Notes: a model not told the origin generated them from the letters alone. Counted from the stretch's first letter, positions 1-10,219 are shown. The stretch: DNA of 64,000 nucleotides from Kofleriaceae bacterium (GCA_965215005.1 CBDCCZ010000038.1:64001-128000); one strand, 5' to 3'. Numbers and translations are program-made.

Positions 1-141
1 GGCCCAGTCGCGCAGAATCGCGAGCGCAACGGCGGCGGCGACGAGCGGCGCAGTGAGAACCAGCCACAGAACCAACGCCACCGGCACTCGCCACCACAGC
101 CCACCGGGCCTGCGATTGGCGATGCGCGCGCGAGAGATCAT
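1..141 (-). CDS. 5' end of a membrane-anchored protein running off the window (possibly a penicillin-binding protein/transglycosylase)
   Basis: ATG at 141 overlaps the TGA of the upstream gene (ATGA). Translation MISRARIANRRPGGLWWRVPVALVLWLVLTAPLVAAAVALAILRDWA has a basic N-terminus and one TM helix. The product is a guess. Confidence 0.55.
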   Translation of the reverse strand, partial: MISRARIANRRPGGLWWRVPVALVLWLVLTAPLVAAAVALAILRDWA

Positions 142-1166
142 GAGCCGTGGGCGGCTTCGAAGAGTGGCATCTGCCGCGGCGGCTGCAGCGGCCGAGCCAC
201 GCGCGACTCGCTCGCAAGCGTTTGTGCAAACGACTCTGCATGGGCGCCGACGGTGTAGATGAGCGCCGCGCCGCTGGCGTCGGCGTAGGCGCCGAGGGCG
301 GCGTAGTCGGCGCGATTGCTCCAGGCAATGGCGGCATCGGCGCGCGCAGCGGCGACCGCGGCGGGCTCTACCGCGGCGCCTGAGACGAGGACGACGCGGC
401 TATTCGGTGGCAGCGGCACGGTATCGAGCGCCGCGCGCCTCTGGAGCGGCCACACCACCGCGTGACCGGAAAGCATCGCCGGCGGCGCGGCTCGCTCGAT
501 TCGACGAACCGCAGGCAGCGACATCAACGGGCGCAGGCGCTGCGCGGCTTGGTGTATGGCGCGATGCGCGGCGATGGCCACGCCGGCTTCGGCGAGCCGC
601 ACCAGCACGTCGAGTCCTTTGCTGGGCGAGGTCACCAGCAAGACCGCGGCACCGCCAGCGGCCACGATGGCGGCGACTTCGGAGAGGCACGCGGCCACCG
701 CTTCATCGCGGCTGGGAAACGCAAACGCTGGCATGCCGTAGGTGCTGTCGAGGACGAGGACGTCGCAGCGGCGCAGGTCGCAGTCGCCGCCGAGGCCGCC
801 GCTGGCGCCGATGGCGGGGGCGTAGAGAATGCGAGTGCCGGCGACGTCCACGGCCAATGAGGCGGCGCCGGGGCCAAGGCCGGAGCGGACCAGCTCGAGC
901 CGCAACGTGCCTAAAGTAAATGGGCGCGCGCACGGCACCGCAAGCTGCGAGTTGGCGGCGAGCTGCGAGGGAGCGAGCAGCGCCAGGGTCTCTTGCGTGG
1001 CGATGAGCTGGCCGTGGCGGGCGCTATCGATGGCATGTGCGGCCGACACGAAGCAGACATCGCGGGCGCGGCGCGCATCGCACCAGATCGACGTGCCGGC
1101 GATGTGAACGCCGTCGCGCCACATCACCGCGGGCGCATCTTCGGCTGGCGAGCTGGCGGAGCGCAT
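138..1166 (-). CDS. Metallo-beta-lactamase/beta-CASP-like protein with degenerate metal motifs
   Basis: N-terminal WCDARR..CFVSAAHA, internal DVLVLDSTYG.P.F.FP and C-terminal SNRADY resemble beta-CASP exonuclease motifs. HxHxDH is not intact. Alternative start at 1184. Confidence 0.65.
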   Translation of the reverse strand: MRSASSPAEDAPAVMWRDGVHIAGTSIWCDARRARDVCFVSAAHAIDSARHGQLIATQETLALLAPSQLAANSQLAVPCARPFTLGTLRLELVRSGLGPGAASLAVDVAGTRILYAPAIGASGGLGGDCDLRRCDVLVLDSTYGMPAFAFPSRDEAVAACLSEVAAIVAAGGAAVLLVTSPSKGLDVLVRLAEAGVAIAAHRAIHQAAQRLRPLMSLPAVRRIERAAPPAMLSGHAVVWPLQRRAALDTVPLPPNSRVVLVSGAAVEPAAVAAARADAAIAWSNRADYAALGAYADASGAALIYTVGAHAESFAQTLASESRVARPLQPPRQMPLFEAAHGS

Positions 1167-1216
1167 GGCCCTCGACCTTCCCACGCTGCGACCGCTGCGG
1201 CAAACGGCTCGCCGCT

Positions 1217-1843
1217 CTAGAGCAGCACGTCGTCGGGGAGGGAGCCGGCGAGAAAGCGCTTTTCGAGCTCGTCGACCACGTTGGCGAGAATCGTCGAGTC
1301 GTCGAAGACGATGCCCATGCCGGGCAGGTCTTCGTCTTCCACGACCACCGTATGCGACACTACCCCGGTTAGCGTGATGGGCTCGCTGTGGCCGGGAATC
1401 TCGAGGACGAGGTGCACGGGCGAGTCCTCGGGGAGCGGCTGCTCGGAGACCACGAACACGCCCTCTTCATTGATATCGCGGGTGTAGGTTTGGTGTGCGG
1501 CGGCGGTGCTGCCGTAGCGGATGGGCAGCCGCAGCGGCAAGCGGCGGCGTTCGCGTAGATTGAGCAGCCCGCCGCGGACGAAGCCGTTGAGGTAGTTGAT
1601 CTTCTCGCGCTCCTCGGGGCCGAGCGCTACGACGAACCCGCTGGGACCGGGACCCTCGCCGCTATGCGAGATGACCGAGCCGCGAAAGATGACGCGTGGG
1701 CCACCGCCCTCGATTGTGAGATCGAGCCGGACGGGCTGGCCAAACGCCGGCGTATCGGCGCTTGCCACGAAGACGGTGCAGTCGCGTGGCTCGAACAATT
1801 TTACCCAGTCGTGCTTTTCCGCGAGTCTCACGTCAATCCGCAT
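1217..1843 (-). CDS. Tandem PilZ-domain protein (myxobacterial type)
   Basis: C-terminal domain has RERRR (RxxxR), DINEEG and ..PGMGIVF. The N-terminal half is a degenerate PilZ repeat. Confidence 0.8.
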   Translation of the reverse strand: MRIDVRLAEKHDWVKLFEPRDCTVFVASADTPAFGQPVRLDLTIEGGGPRVIFRGSVISHSGEGPGPSGFVVALGPEEREKINYLNGFVRGGLLNLRERRRLPLRLPIRYGSTAAAHQTYTRDINEEGVFVVSEQPLPEDSPVHLVLEIPGHSEPITLTGVVSHTVVVEDEDLPGMGIVFDDSTILANVVDELEKRFLAGSLPDDVLL

Positions 1844-1991
1844 GCCGCTTTCCCTCACTGCGCCGCGGCGGAGTGTAACGCGAGGCGTCCGAGCGCGGAA
1901 CTTCTCGACGTTGCGGAGCGTCGTTTGCCGCGATAGCGGGCGCCGCGGCGCCGGAGGCCTTGCACTCGAGACACCGCGGAGGTCGAGCGGC

Positions 1992-3023
1992 TCACGGGAC
2001 GATGCGCACGTGGTAGGTCGTGTTGCGCGCGCCGCGCTTCACCGTCATGCGGAGCTCGCTCGCGTCTATGAGGCGGGCGTAGACACTGGCGGCTTCATTG
2101 AGGCTGGTGATGGGGGTGCCATCCACGGCGGTGACGAGGTCGCCAGCGCGCAGCCCGAGTTGGTGGGGAAGCGAGCCAGGTGCAACCCGAAGGACCTCGA
2201 TGCCCTTGGTACTGAGGTTGACTTCGATGCGCTCGCTGAGGCTTGGGAGGTCTGCGAGCGCGGCGTCGAGCGCAGTGCGGCGAATGGAGACGGACTCCTG
2301 CGGAACTTGCGGTCGTTGGGTGCGATCGCGGGACGTTGCGGCGAGGCGCGGCTCGCGGGAAGGCGCGCCTCGCGACGGGCTCGTGTTAGCAACAGAGGCG
2401 TTCGAGGTAGCGAGGGTCGATGGCGATGGGGGCGCGGAGGGCCTGATCGGCAGCTCGAAGGTGCCGATTAGGTCACGCTCGACGCCTGCGGTGGATGACG
2501 TTCGCGGTGTATTTGAATCAGCGCTAGGGTCGCCCTCGCCAACCTCGAGCTCGGTGATGTTCGGGGACGCCGTTGATGGGCTGGAGATGGGCCCCAGATT
2601 GGCTTCGGGCGCTGCGTAAGGATCGAGTAGTTCTTGGCCCGGCCGCGCGCGCTCCGGCGACAGAGCCGCCGCGGAAGGTGCGACGATAGCGGCTCCTCGC
2701 TGATCAGCGGCCGCAGCGCCCGCTACGCCTTCGCTAACACCGGTCGCCGCCGGCAGCACCCAGCGGACGTCGGCGGCATCGACCAGCACGACGTGATGCG
2801 CTCGTACCTGCAGCACGCGGAACCCCTGAACGACGTCGCCCTCCTGCACCACCCGATACGACTGCTCCTGGCGATCGAACACCAGCGCCTGCGCGGCGTC
2901 GGTCATGACGGCTATCACCCGGGCATCTGGAGCCGGCGCCTGCGGCGATTGCGCTGCAGACGGCCTCGCCAGCGACAGCACCGCCAGCATCATGCTCGAG
3001 CCCCACCACATCTTCGAGCGCAT
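1992..3023 (-). CDS. Secreted GspC-like protein with C-terminal PDZ domain
   Basis: Signal peptide, HR-like segment (QSYRVVQEGDVVQGFRVL), Pro/Ser-rich linker, PDZ (VAPGSLPHQLGLRAGDLVTAVDG). Start uncertain. Confidence 0.7.
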   Translation of the reverse strand: MRSKMWWGSSMMLAVLSLARPSAAQSPQAPAPDARVIAVMTDAAQALVFDRQEQSYRVVQEGDVVQGFRVLQVRAHHVVLVDAADVRWVLPAATGVSEGVAGAAAADQRGAAIVAPSAAALSPERARPGQELLDPYAAPEANLGPISSPSTASPNITELEVGEGDPSADSNTPRTSSTAGVERDLIGTFELPIRPSAPPSPSTLATSNASVANTSPSRGAPSREPRLAATSRDRTQRPQVPQESVSIRRTALDAALADLPSLSERIEVNLSTKGIEVLRVAPGSLPHQLGLRAGDLVTAVDGTPITSLNEAASVYARLIDASELRMTVKRGARNTTYHVRIVP

Positions 3024-3260
3024 CACGGCCGCGATGAAATGCAATGCTCGAGCCCATACTCTCGTCACCGCCAAGCCACGACACGCGCTGCTTTTGCGGC
3101 GCTCAACCAAGATAGCGTTACCGGTTGTTCACGGCCGCGCCCGACGCAAATGCCACGCTGCGCACCCCGCCCGCCATCCAAAAGCGCGAGCGGTCTCGGT
3201 TCGAGATCGCGCCCGAAGGTGGCGAGGGCAGAGATCTGGCCACGCCGTCCCGAAACGACG

Positions 3261-3285
3261 AGCAGCCCCGGGGTGAGGGGCTGCT
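3261..3285 (-). terminator. Hairpin downstream of pspA, possible intrinsic terminator
   Basis: Perfect 9-bp stem AGCAGCCCC/GGGGCTGCT, 27 nt past the pspA stop. U-tract is weak. Confidence 0.4.
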
Positions 3286-3312
3286 TTGGTGAGAGCTGCT
3301 CGGGGAACGGCG

Positions 3313-4206
3313 TTACGCCCCGGCTTTCTCCGCTTGTTTGGCGCCAGCCGTGTCTTTCTTGTCGCCGTCGACGTCGAAATCGGAGAGGTCGAGGTCCTCT
3401 AGCTCTTTCAGGTCCTCTTCGGTAAGAGACGAGGCGGCGTTGCTGGCTCCACCACCGGTGCTGCCAGTGCTAGTCGCAGAGGTCTCGCCGGCAGCGAGCT
3501 GTTTGGCGCTATCGCCGGAGCCGGCTTCTAGGAGGCCCATCTTCGACTTGAGCTCGAGGAGCATGTCATCTTCGCTGTTGCCGCCCGATGCTTCGAGCTG
3601 CAAGAACTTGGACTCGAGCGTGTCGCCCGAGAGCTCGCCCGCGAGCTCAGCGCCGGCTTCCGCTTCGGCCTCGAGAAGATTGATCCGCTCGGCCATGCGG
3701 TCGAAGGTGTCGAACGCGCTGGTGTCGCCGAGCCCTTGCATGGTTGCCGCGATCTGCTGCTGGGCCTCTGCGCGCTTCTTGCGGGCGATGAGGATGTTCT
3801 TCTTGCGCTTGGCTTCTTCGATCTTCTGATTGAGAAGACGGAGCGCGTCTTTGAGCTTATCGACCGCGGCCTTCTGCGAGATCCACTGCTGCTGAAACTG
3901 TTGCGCGATGCTTTCGTGCTCTTGCTTGCGCATGAGCGCCTGGCGCGCCAAGCCATCATCGCCAGCGCGCACCGCGACCATCGCTTTGCGTTCCCACTCT
4001 TTGGATTTATCGCCTTCGGCGTTGAACTGCTTTTGCAGCTTCTTCTCATCGGCGATGGCCACCGCCACTGCCTTCTTCGCGTCAACCAGTTGCTGCTGCA
4101 TGTCCACCAGCACTTGGTTGAGCATCTTTTCGGGATCCTCGGCCTTCGAGATGAGGTCGTTGATGTTGGATTTTATGAGAGTTCCCAGTCTCGCGAAGAT
4201 GCCCAT
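3313..4206 (-). CDS. pspA: PspA/IM30 family protein with acidic C-terminal tail
   Basis: MGIFARLGTLIKSNINDLISKAEDPEKML signature followed by a long coiled coil. Confidence 0.93.
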   Translation of the reverse strand: MGIFARLGTLIKSNINDLISKAEDPEKMLNQVLVDMQQQLVDAKKAVAVAIADEKKLQKQFNAEGDKSKEWERKAMVAVRAGDDGLARQALMRKQEHESIAQQFQQQWISQKAAVDKLKDALRLLNQKIEEAKRKKNILIARKKRAEAQQQIAATMQGLGDTSAFDTFDRMAERINLLEAEAEAGAELAGELSGDTLESKFLQLEASGGNSEDDMLLELKSKMGLLEAGSGDSAKQLAAGETSATSTGSTGGGASNAASSLTEEDLKELEDLDLSDFDVDGDKKDTAGAKQAEKAGA

Positions 4207-4240
4207 GTCCGTCCTATAAGTGGTGGATTGGTCGAAAGAA

Positions 4241-4269
4241 AGCCTACGGGATCAGACCCCGTGTTGCAA
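4241..4269 (-). promoter_or_regulatory. Putative sigma70-type promoter for pspA
   Basis: Minus strand reads TTGCAA-N17-TAGGCT, 34 nt upstream of the ATG. AGGA precedes the start. Confidence 0.45.
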
Positions 4270-4301
4270 CGCCAAGCACTGCGTGATATGCGCCTCGTTC
4301 C

Positions 4302-5063
4302 ATGATCGACCCGGCTGCGCCCGGTGGCGCTTCCCGTCCTTTGCCGCGCCACATCGGCATCATAATGGACGGCAACGGACGCTGGGCCGAGCGGCGCGGT
4401 CTACCCCGCATCGAGGGCCATCGCGTCGGCGCCGAGTCAGTCAAAGACATCGTCCGCGCGTGTCGGCAGCTCGGCGTCGAGACGCTCACGCTGTACGCGT
4501 TTTCGTCGCAGAACTGGGCCCGTCCTGCCGACGAGATTGCGGCGCTGATGCAGCTCTTGCGCGATTACCTCATCGAAGAGCGTGATGAGCTGATTGACAA
4601 CGAGATCCGCTTGCGCGCCATTGGCGACGTCGAGCGGTTGCCGCCGCTGGTCAAGGCACCGCTCGATGCGCTCGCTCGCGACACCGCGGGCAATGCGAAG
4701 ATGACGCTGGTGTTGGCACTTTCTTATGGTGGACGCGAGTCGATTGCGCGCGCGGCCGCGGCCGCCGCCGCCGCCGCGCGTGCCGGGCAGCTCGAGCCCG
4801 AGCAGCTCGATGCCAACGCTTTCGCCGCCTTTCTGCCGACCTTCGAGCTGCCGCCGCTGGATTTGCTCATTCGCACCAGCGGCGAGCAACGCATCTCCAA
4901 CTTCATGCTGTGGGAGCTGGCCTACGCCGAGCTCGTGTTCGTGGATACGATGTGGCCAGATTTTCGCCGGCAGCAGCTGTTTGCAGCGCTCGAGACCTTT
5001 GGAGTGCGCGAGCGCCGCTTTGGTCTCACCGGAACGCAGGTCGCAGGAAAGGATTTGCAGTAA
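4302..5063 (+). CDS. uppS: Undecaprenyl diphosphate synthase
   Basis: HIGIIMDGNGRWA, YAFSSQNW, LLIRTSGEQRISNFMLW motifs. Confidence 0.97.
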   Translation: MIDPAAPGGASRPLPRHIGIIMDGNGRWAERRGLPRIEGHRVGAESVKDIVRACRQLGVETLTLYAFSSQNWARPADEIAALMQLLRDYLIEERDELIDNEIRLRAIGDVERLPPLVKAPLDALARDTAGNAKMTLVLALSYGGRESIARAAAAAAAAARAGQLEPEQLDANAFAAFLPTFELPPLDLLIRTSGEQRISNFMLWELAYAELVFVDTMWPDFRRQQLFAALETFGVRERRFGLTGTQVAGKDLQ

Positions 5064-5939
5064 GTGGCTCTTGGAAACCTCGCGTCCCGCATCCTAGTTG
5101 CCGTCGTTGCCGTTCCCATCCTGCTCGTCGCCATCTACCACAGTCGCCCCGAAATCATCTGGGCCGTCGTCTTCGGCGCGACGCTGCTGGCCCTCTACGA
5201 GCTGTTTTCGATGACTCTCACCGATCGCGTCGATCGAGTGGCGAGCCTGGCATGCGGCGCTGCTGCGTCGCTATCGCTGTATTGGTTGCGACCACCGCAG
5301 CTCGGAGATGCCGCGTGGGGCATCGACCTGGTGGGTGGCCCCATGGTGGCCATGTTCCTCGCGGTCATTCCCATCTCGCTCTACTACTTGTTTCGCTTTG
5401 GCGAGCTCGTTAGCGTGGGCGCCCGTTTTGCGCAGTCGCTCAGCGGCATTGTCTACGTCGGGGTGCTGTTCACGTTCGTGGCGCTGCTCAAGCGCGATTT
5501 CGCGACTTCTTCTGGTCATCTCGGTGGTGACCTCATCGTCTTCGTGCTGATGGTTTCGTGGGTCGGCGATACTGGCGCGTACTTTGCGGGTCGCTTCCTC
5601 GGTCGGCGCAAGCTCTATCCCGCCGTGAGCCCGAAGAAGACCTGGGCCGGCGCACTCGGCGGCGTTGCTGCCTCGGCGCTAGCTGGCGCGGCCGTCAAGC
5701 TGGTGCTCATCGGCGACTCGCCGCTGTTTACATGGTTCGACTGCTTCGCCATCGCAGTGCCGGGGGCAATCCTCGGTCAGCTCGGCGACCTCGTGGAGTC
5801 GCTCATCAAACGGTCGACCGGAGTCAAGGACTCGGGCAACATCTTGCCGGGGCATGGAGGAATTCTCGACCGCATCGATGCAGTCATCTTCCTAGCGCCC
5901 TATGTCTATCTCTATATGGTGATTCGTCCCCAGGTGTGA
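5064..5939 (+). CDS. cdsA: Phosphatidate cytidylyltransferase
   Basis: Multi-TM protein with SPKKTW.G and GDLVESLIKR..GVKDSG.ILPGHGGILDRID. Abuts uppS. Confidence 0.97.
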   Translation: MALGNLASRILVAVVAVPILLVAIYHSRPEIIWAVVFGATLLALYELFSMTLTDRVDRVASLACGAAASLSLYWLRPPQLGDAAWGIDLVGGPMVAMFLAVIPISLYYLFRFGELVSVGARFAQSLSGIVYVGVLFTFVALLKRDFATSSGHLGGDLIVFVLMVSWVGDTGAYFAGRFLGRRKLYPAVSPKKTWAGALGGVAASALAGAAVKLVLIGDSPLFTWFDCFAIAVPGAILGQLGDLVESLIKRSTGVKDSGNILPGHGGILDRIDAVIFLAPYVYLYMVIRPQV

Positions 5940-6058
5940 GCCACCTGGCGGTGGTGAAACCGGAAGAATTTTTTGCTGCAAAAGCGCTTGGCGAGTCGCG
6001 GACGCTGGTGCAGTGTCAGGGGCGAAACGCACCCCTTTACGCCGATAGGAGTCGTCAG

Positions 6059-6355
6059 ATGGTATCCAAGGAGGTTGTCGAGATTGTCGAGCACTTCTTC
6101 TCCGACCTAGCGGACGAAGACGATTTTCTTACTGCCGATGGCGATCTCGCGTTCAACCTTATCGACATTGAGGTCGAGGACGATGACGTCCAGCTCCTGC
6201 TCGAGCCAGCGTCGAGCTGGGAGGGCAGCCTCGATGAGCTTCGCGATCTCGCAAAAGACGCGCTCGCCTTGCTAGTGGAGAACAAAGAAGAGTTGGCCGA
6301 TGCCAACATCACGCTTCGCTGGCAGCTCGACGATTGGGAAGACGACGAGGACTGA
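6059..6355 (+). CDS. Small highly acidic hypothetical protein (98 aa)
   Basis: AGGAG RBS before ATG 6059. MVSKEVVEIVEHFFSDLADEDD...DDWEDDED. Confidence 0.8.
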   Translation: MVSKEVVEIVEHFFSDLADEDDFLTADGDLAFNLIDIEVEDDDVQLLLEPASSWEGSLDELRDLAKDALALLVENKEELADANITLRWQLDDWEDDED

Positions 6356-6411
6356 GTTCAGGCTGAGGAACCCACGAGCGCTCAGGAAAGAGCGCCCGTG
6401 GGACATCGGCT

Positions 6412-9141
6412 CTAGCGCTTAGGCTGGGCGCTCGCTGGGGCGGCCTGCGGGGCGGCGAAGGTCCGCTCGAAGTCGGCGAGCTCTTGCTGCTGCTGGGCCA
6501 CGCAGAGCTCGAATTGCTCGAGTGCCTGCTCGGCCGCGCGCGGGCCGCCCCGCTCGGGGCGCACGTGCTCCTCGAGGAACGCGACCACCGCGTCACGCTC
6601 GCCGGCATCGCAAACCACCTGTGCTACGCGGGCGATGTCAGCGCGAGCAGTGACGGGCATGCGCTTCATCAGCTCGTCGCGGCGCTCGCCGAGCATGCGC
6701 CAGGCGACGCGCGCGGCGGTGGTGTTCAGCGCTCGGCGGTTTGTTATCGTCTGGAGCATACGGAGTACCTCGCGCAGATCGACCTGGGGGTCGAACAGCA
6801 GCGCCATGACGCGCTCCGCCTGCGCTTCGTCTCGCACCGCCGCCAACGCATTGAGCATGAACTTGCGGGCGCGTCGATCGGGCTCGGTCTTGACCAGCGT
6901 GAGGATACTCTCGAACACCTGCGTGTCGCCGGTGCGAACCGCCGTGGCGAGCACTAGTGGCGCGACGTTGTCGGAAACCGCGCTGTGGTCGGCGAGCCAG
7001 GCAATAGCCAACTTTTTGGCCTCGGCGCGCAGCGCTGCGTCTTGCCCCTCATTCGCAACCAGCGGGACCACGAGCTGGCGAAGCTCGATGGTCGCCGGGC
7101 CATCGGTTGGTGCCTCGCGCCAACCCAACGCCGCGGCCCGCTCACCAAAGGTGTCGCGAATGAGCTTGGCGTAGGCCGGCATGAGGGCAGCAGGTAAAAA
7201 CTGCTCGATGGGCGCGTAGAGCGCAACCAGCCAGTTCATCACGAAGTTGCTGGGAGTGTTGACGTGCGGAGCCGCGAGCTTCCATGCCAGGCTGCGCGGC
7301 AGTGCCCCGGCGCGAACTTGCGCGAGCACGTCGGAAAGCAGCGTTACGCGCTCACCATCGGTGAGGGAGGTCCAGGCTTCACCGAACAGCTTGACCAATA
7401 GACCCTCATCGAGCTTGGAGTGATAGTAGCCAATGCCGCCGGCATTGGGCAGCACCCAGGAGGGGCAGCTGGTGGTGTCGAGCTCGAGCTCGGTCGCACC
7501 CTCGGTGAGGAGCGTGCACTGGCGCTGCGCTCTGGCGCCGGTCCCGAAGCGGACGCACACGGCGATTTGCCAGCTTCGACGGGTTTCGGCGCTGGAGCCG
7601 TGCGGGACGTAGCGCGTCTGCGCTAGCAGGAGCTTTGGCCGCTCATTGGTCGCGCACGTCAGCGCTACGTTGAGCTGTGGAACGCCGTTCTGCTCGAGGA
7701 ACGTGTTGAACGGAGTTGCTACGTCTCGTCCTGCCGCCTCACCGATCGAGGCCAGGAAATCAGCCGCAGTGGCGTTCTTCCAGGCAAACTTCTCGAGGTA
7801 GCGCTGTACGCCGTTGCGGAAGGCTTCCGCGCCGACCCACTGCTCGAACATGCCGATCACCGCGGCGCCCTTGCCGTAGGTGATGCCGTCAAAGGCGCTG
7901 TTGATGTCGTCGTTGGTCTCGATCGGCTGGCGAATCTGCCGCGCGGTTCGCAGGTGGTCGTTGATGATGGCGTCGGCGCGCTCGTTTACAGCGTTGACGT
8001 CGGCCTCCCACGCGGGCTCGAACTTCTCGATCGCCTTGAACTCGATCCAACTGGCAAACGCCTCGTTGAGCCAGATGTCATCCCACCACACCGGCGTCAC
8101 CAAGTTACCAAACCATTGATGGCCGAGCTCGTGCGCGCCGACGTAGCCGTACTTCTTTTTCATCTCGAGCGGCTCTTGGTTAGGTGGCGCGAGGATGATT
8201 TCTTCGACATACGTGATCAGCCCGGGATGCTCCATGGCGCCAAAGCCCACGGTGAGCGGAACCGCGATGCTATCGAGCTTGGCGTAGGGGTAGGTAATGC
8301 CAAAGTAGGCTTCCAGCGTGGAAAGCAGCCGATCCGTCGACGCCGCGGCATACGCGGCGTCTGCGGCGCGGCCTTTGGGGGTGATGATGCCGATGGGCAC
8401 GCCCGAGGCGCTTTGACCGGCGTCGACTCGCTCAAACGGACCCACTGCAAACGACAGTAGATACGTCGGCAGCGGCTTGGTCGGCGCAAAGCGCACAAGC
8501 TTGGTCTCTCCGCGCGGCTCGACCGCGACTGCCGGAGTGTTGAAGTATGCCTCTAGGTTCGCCGGAACCTCGAGAGCCACCGTCCATGGGACTTTGTTGT
8601 CGGGCTCATCGAAGCTTGGGAATGCGCGTCGAGCCGCTAGCGCCTCGAACTGAGTAAAGACATACCAGTCACCGCCCGCCTTTTGCCGAAACACCCCGTA
8701 GGTATCGTTGTCCTCGATCGTGCCGGTGTAACGAAGGCCGACCTCGACCTCGCCCGAGAACGCACGCGGGGCGCGAAAGCCGATGAAGTCAGCCTTGGTC
8801 GGGATGATCTCGAGCGCCAGGACCTCATCGGCGCCGTCTTTGGTGCGAAGCGTTGCTTCGCTCACGTCGAGACCTTGCGCATTGAGCCAGAACGTCGTCA
8901 CCGGCTCGGCGGCGGTCGCGCGGATGGTGATAGCGCCGGCAAACTGCGGCTCGGCCGGATCGATCGAGATCGTCGCCTCGTAAGCAGTAGGCATCACCGT
9001 CCGCGGGAGTCGCAGGGTGGGCGCCTCCGGCGGCGGAACGGGTTTTTGAGGAGCGCTGGCGCTGCCGCTGCAACCTGCCAGGGCCGCGGATGCGAGCGCC
9101 GGGATGATCCAGCCTCGCCTTACAACCGTATGAAATTGCAT
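6412..9141 (-). CDS. M1 family aminopeptidase (lipoprotein) with ERAP1-like C-terminal domain
   Basis: GAMEH, HELGHQWFG..WLNEAFA zinc motif, YGKG, lipobox LAGC. Confidence 0.95.
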   Translation of the reverse strand: MQFHTVVRRGWIIPALASAALAGCSGSASAPQKPVPPPEAPTLRLPRTVMPTAYEATISIDPAEPQFAGAITIRATAAEPVTTFWLNAQGLDVSEATLRTKDGADEVLALEIIPTKADFIGFRAPRAFSGEVEVGLRYTGTIEDNDTYGVFRQKAGGDWYVFTQFEALAARRAFPSFDEPDNKVPWTVALEVPANLEAYFNTPAVAVEPRGETKLVRFAPTKPLPTYLLSFAVGPFERVDAGQSASGVPIGIITPKGRAADAAYAAASTDRLLSTLEAYFGITYPYAKLDSIAVPLTVGFGAMEHPGLITYVEEIILAPPNQEPLEMKKKYGYVGAHELGHQWFGNLVTPVWWDDIWLNEAFASWIEFKAIEKFEPAWEADVNAVNERADAIINDHLRTARQIRQPIETNDDINSAFDGITYGKGAAVIGMFEQWVGAEAFRNGVQRYLEKFAWKNATAADFLASIGEAAGRDVATPFNTFLEQNGVPQLNVALTCATNERPKLLLAQTRYVPHGSSAETRRSWQIAVCVRFGTGARAQRQCTLLTEGATELELDTTSCPSWVLPNAGGIGYYHSKLDEGLLVKLFGEAWTSLTDGERVTLLSDVLAQVRAGALPRSLAWKLAAPHVNTPSNFVMNWLVALYAPIEQFLPAALMPAYAKLIRDTFGERAAALGWREAPTDGPATIELRQLVVPLVANEGQDAALRAEAKKLAIAWLADHSAVSDNVAPLVLATAVRTGDTQVFESILTLVKTEPDRRARKFMLNALAAVRDEAQAERVMALLFDPQVDLREVLRMLQTITNRRALNTTAARVAWRMLGERRDELMKRMPVTARADIARVAQVVCDAGERDAVVAFLEEHVRPERGGPRAAEQALEQFELCVAQQQQELADFERTFAAPQAAPASAQPKR

Positions 9142-9280
9142 AGTAACCTCTGAAGGAAGCGGCGAGGTTACAACGCCTCTGAAGGGACGCAAGCGCCGGT
9201 GCCCCTCCGTCGCTGACTGGCCCTGTCGAACCAGGTTTGTTGCTGCTAGCGGCTTGCCGAATTACGCCATCAATCAACCG

Positions 9281-10219
9281 TCAGCAGGCTGCTTCCGGCG
9301 CTGGCACCAGACCTCGCAGCACGCCGCGGGCGCGGCCGGCCCACTCGCTCTCGTGATCGAGCTCGAGATAGCGCTCGAGGTGCTTGCGCGCCTGTAGCGT
9401 TCCCCCGACCCGCGCCAACGCGAGCCCGAGGTTGTAATGCGCATCGGCGAAGTCTGGCCGTGCCCACACCACTCGTCGCAGCTCGGCGATCGCCAGCTCG
9501 GTCTCCCCGAGGTCTTCGAGCAGGTTGCCGAGGTTGTAGCGAGCCTCGGGCTGCTCAGGCTCGTGCTCGAGAGCGCGCTCATAGGCGCTGCGGGCGGCGG
9601 TGAGCTCGCCGCGGCGATAGCGCAGATTACCAAGGTTGGTGTGTGCTGACGCCAGCGACGAATCCAACCCAATGGCGCGCTCGTACAGCGCCTCGGCGGT
9701 GCCGAGCTCGCCGCGATCTTCGGCCGCGCAGGCCTCGAGGAATGCGCGGTAGGCGCTGGGCGGCTCGTGGGCGGCAGTTGGCGCGTCGTCGATTGGAGTC
9801 GGCGCACCCGGCGCAGTCGACGCGGGCAATCGCAAGACTTCGGCAACGTGCTGCGACAGCGCGCCGAGACCAAACGCCATCACCACTTGCCCGGTGGCAG
9901 GCTCGAACACCACGTCGTCGGTGACCGCGACGATGTCCTGGCCATCGGAACAAATTCGCAGCCGCGCCGCCGGTTGCTCGAGGTCGGGGAGCGTGTGGCG
10001 CAAGCCGTCGAGGTTGCGGCGAACGGTTTGCAGCGGCATGCCGGCGTCGATGAGCTCCTTGGCCGCTTTGACGCTCACCAAGTCGCGAAACGTATAATAG
10101 AAGCGGCCGCGTTGCCGCACCGTTGGGCCGACGAAGCCGGTTTGCGCCCAATACCGCAGGCGCGACTCCTGCAGCGCGAAGATCTTAGCGACGTCTTTGA
10201 TGCTAAAGAGCTCGGTCAC
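9281..10219 (-). CDS. MerR-type HTH plus TPR protein
   Basis: FSIKDVAKIF..ESRLRYW..YYTFRDL (MerR HTH) and C-terminal TPRs (AHTNLG, ARYNLG, AHYNLG). GTG start overlaps the upstream stop (GTGA). Confidence 0.88.
   Translation of the reverse strand: MTELFSIKDVAKIFALQESRLRYWAQTGFVGPTVRQRGRFYYTFRDLVSVKAAKELIDAGMPLQTVRRNLDGLRHTLPDLEQPAARLRICSDGQDIVAVTDDVVFEPATGQVVMAFGLGALSQHVAEVLRLPASTAPGAPTPIDDAPTAAHEPPSAYRAFLEACAAEDRGELGTAEALYERAIGLDSSLASAHTNLGNLRYRRGELTAARSAYERALEHEPEQPEARYNLGNLLEDLGETELAIAELRRVVWARPDFADAHYNLGLALARVGGTLQARKHLERYLELDHESEWAGRARGVLRGLVPAPEAAC

Noticed and set aside
1992..3023. Type II secretion gene cluster
   Set aside because: Only a lone GspC-like gene is present, with no gspD/E/F in the window.
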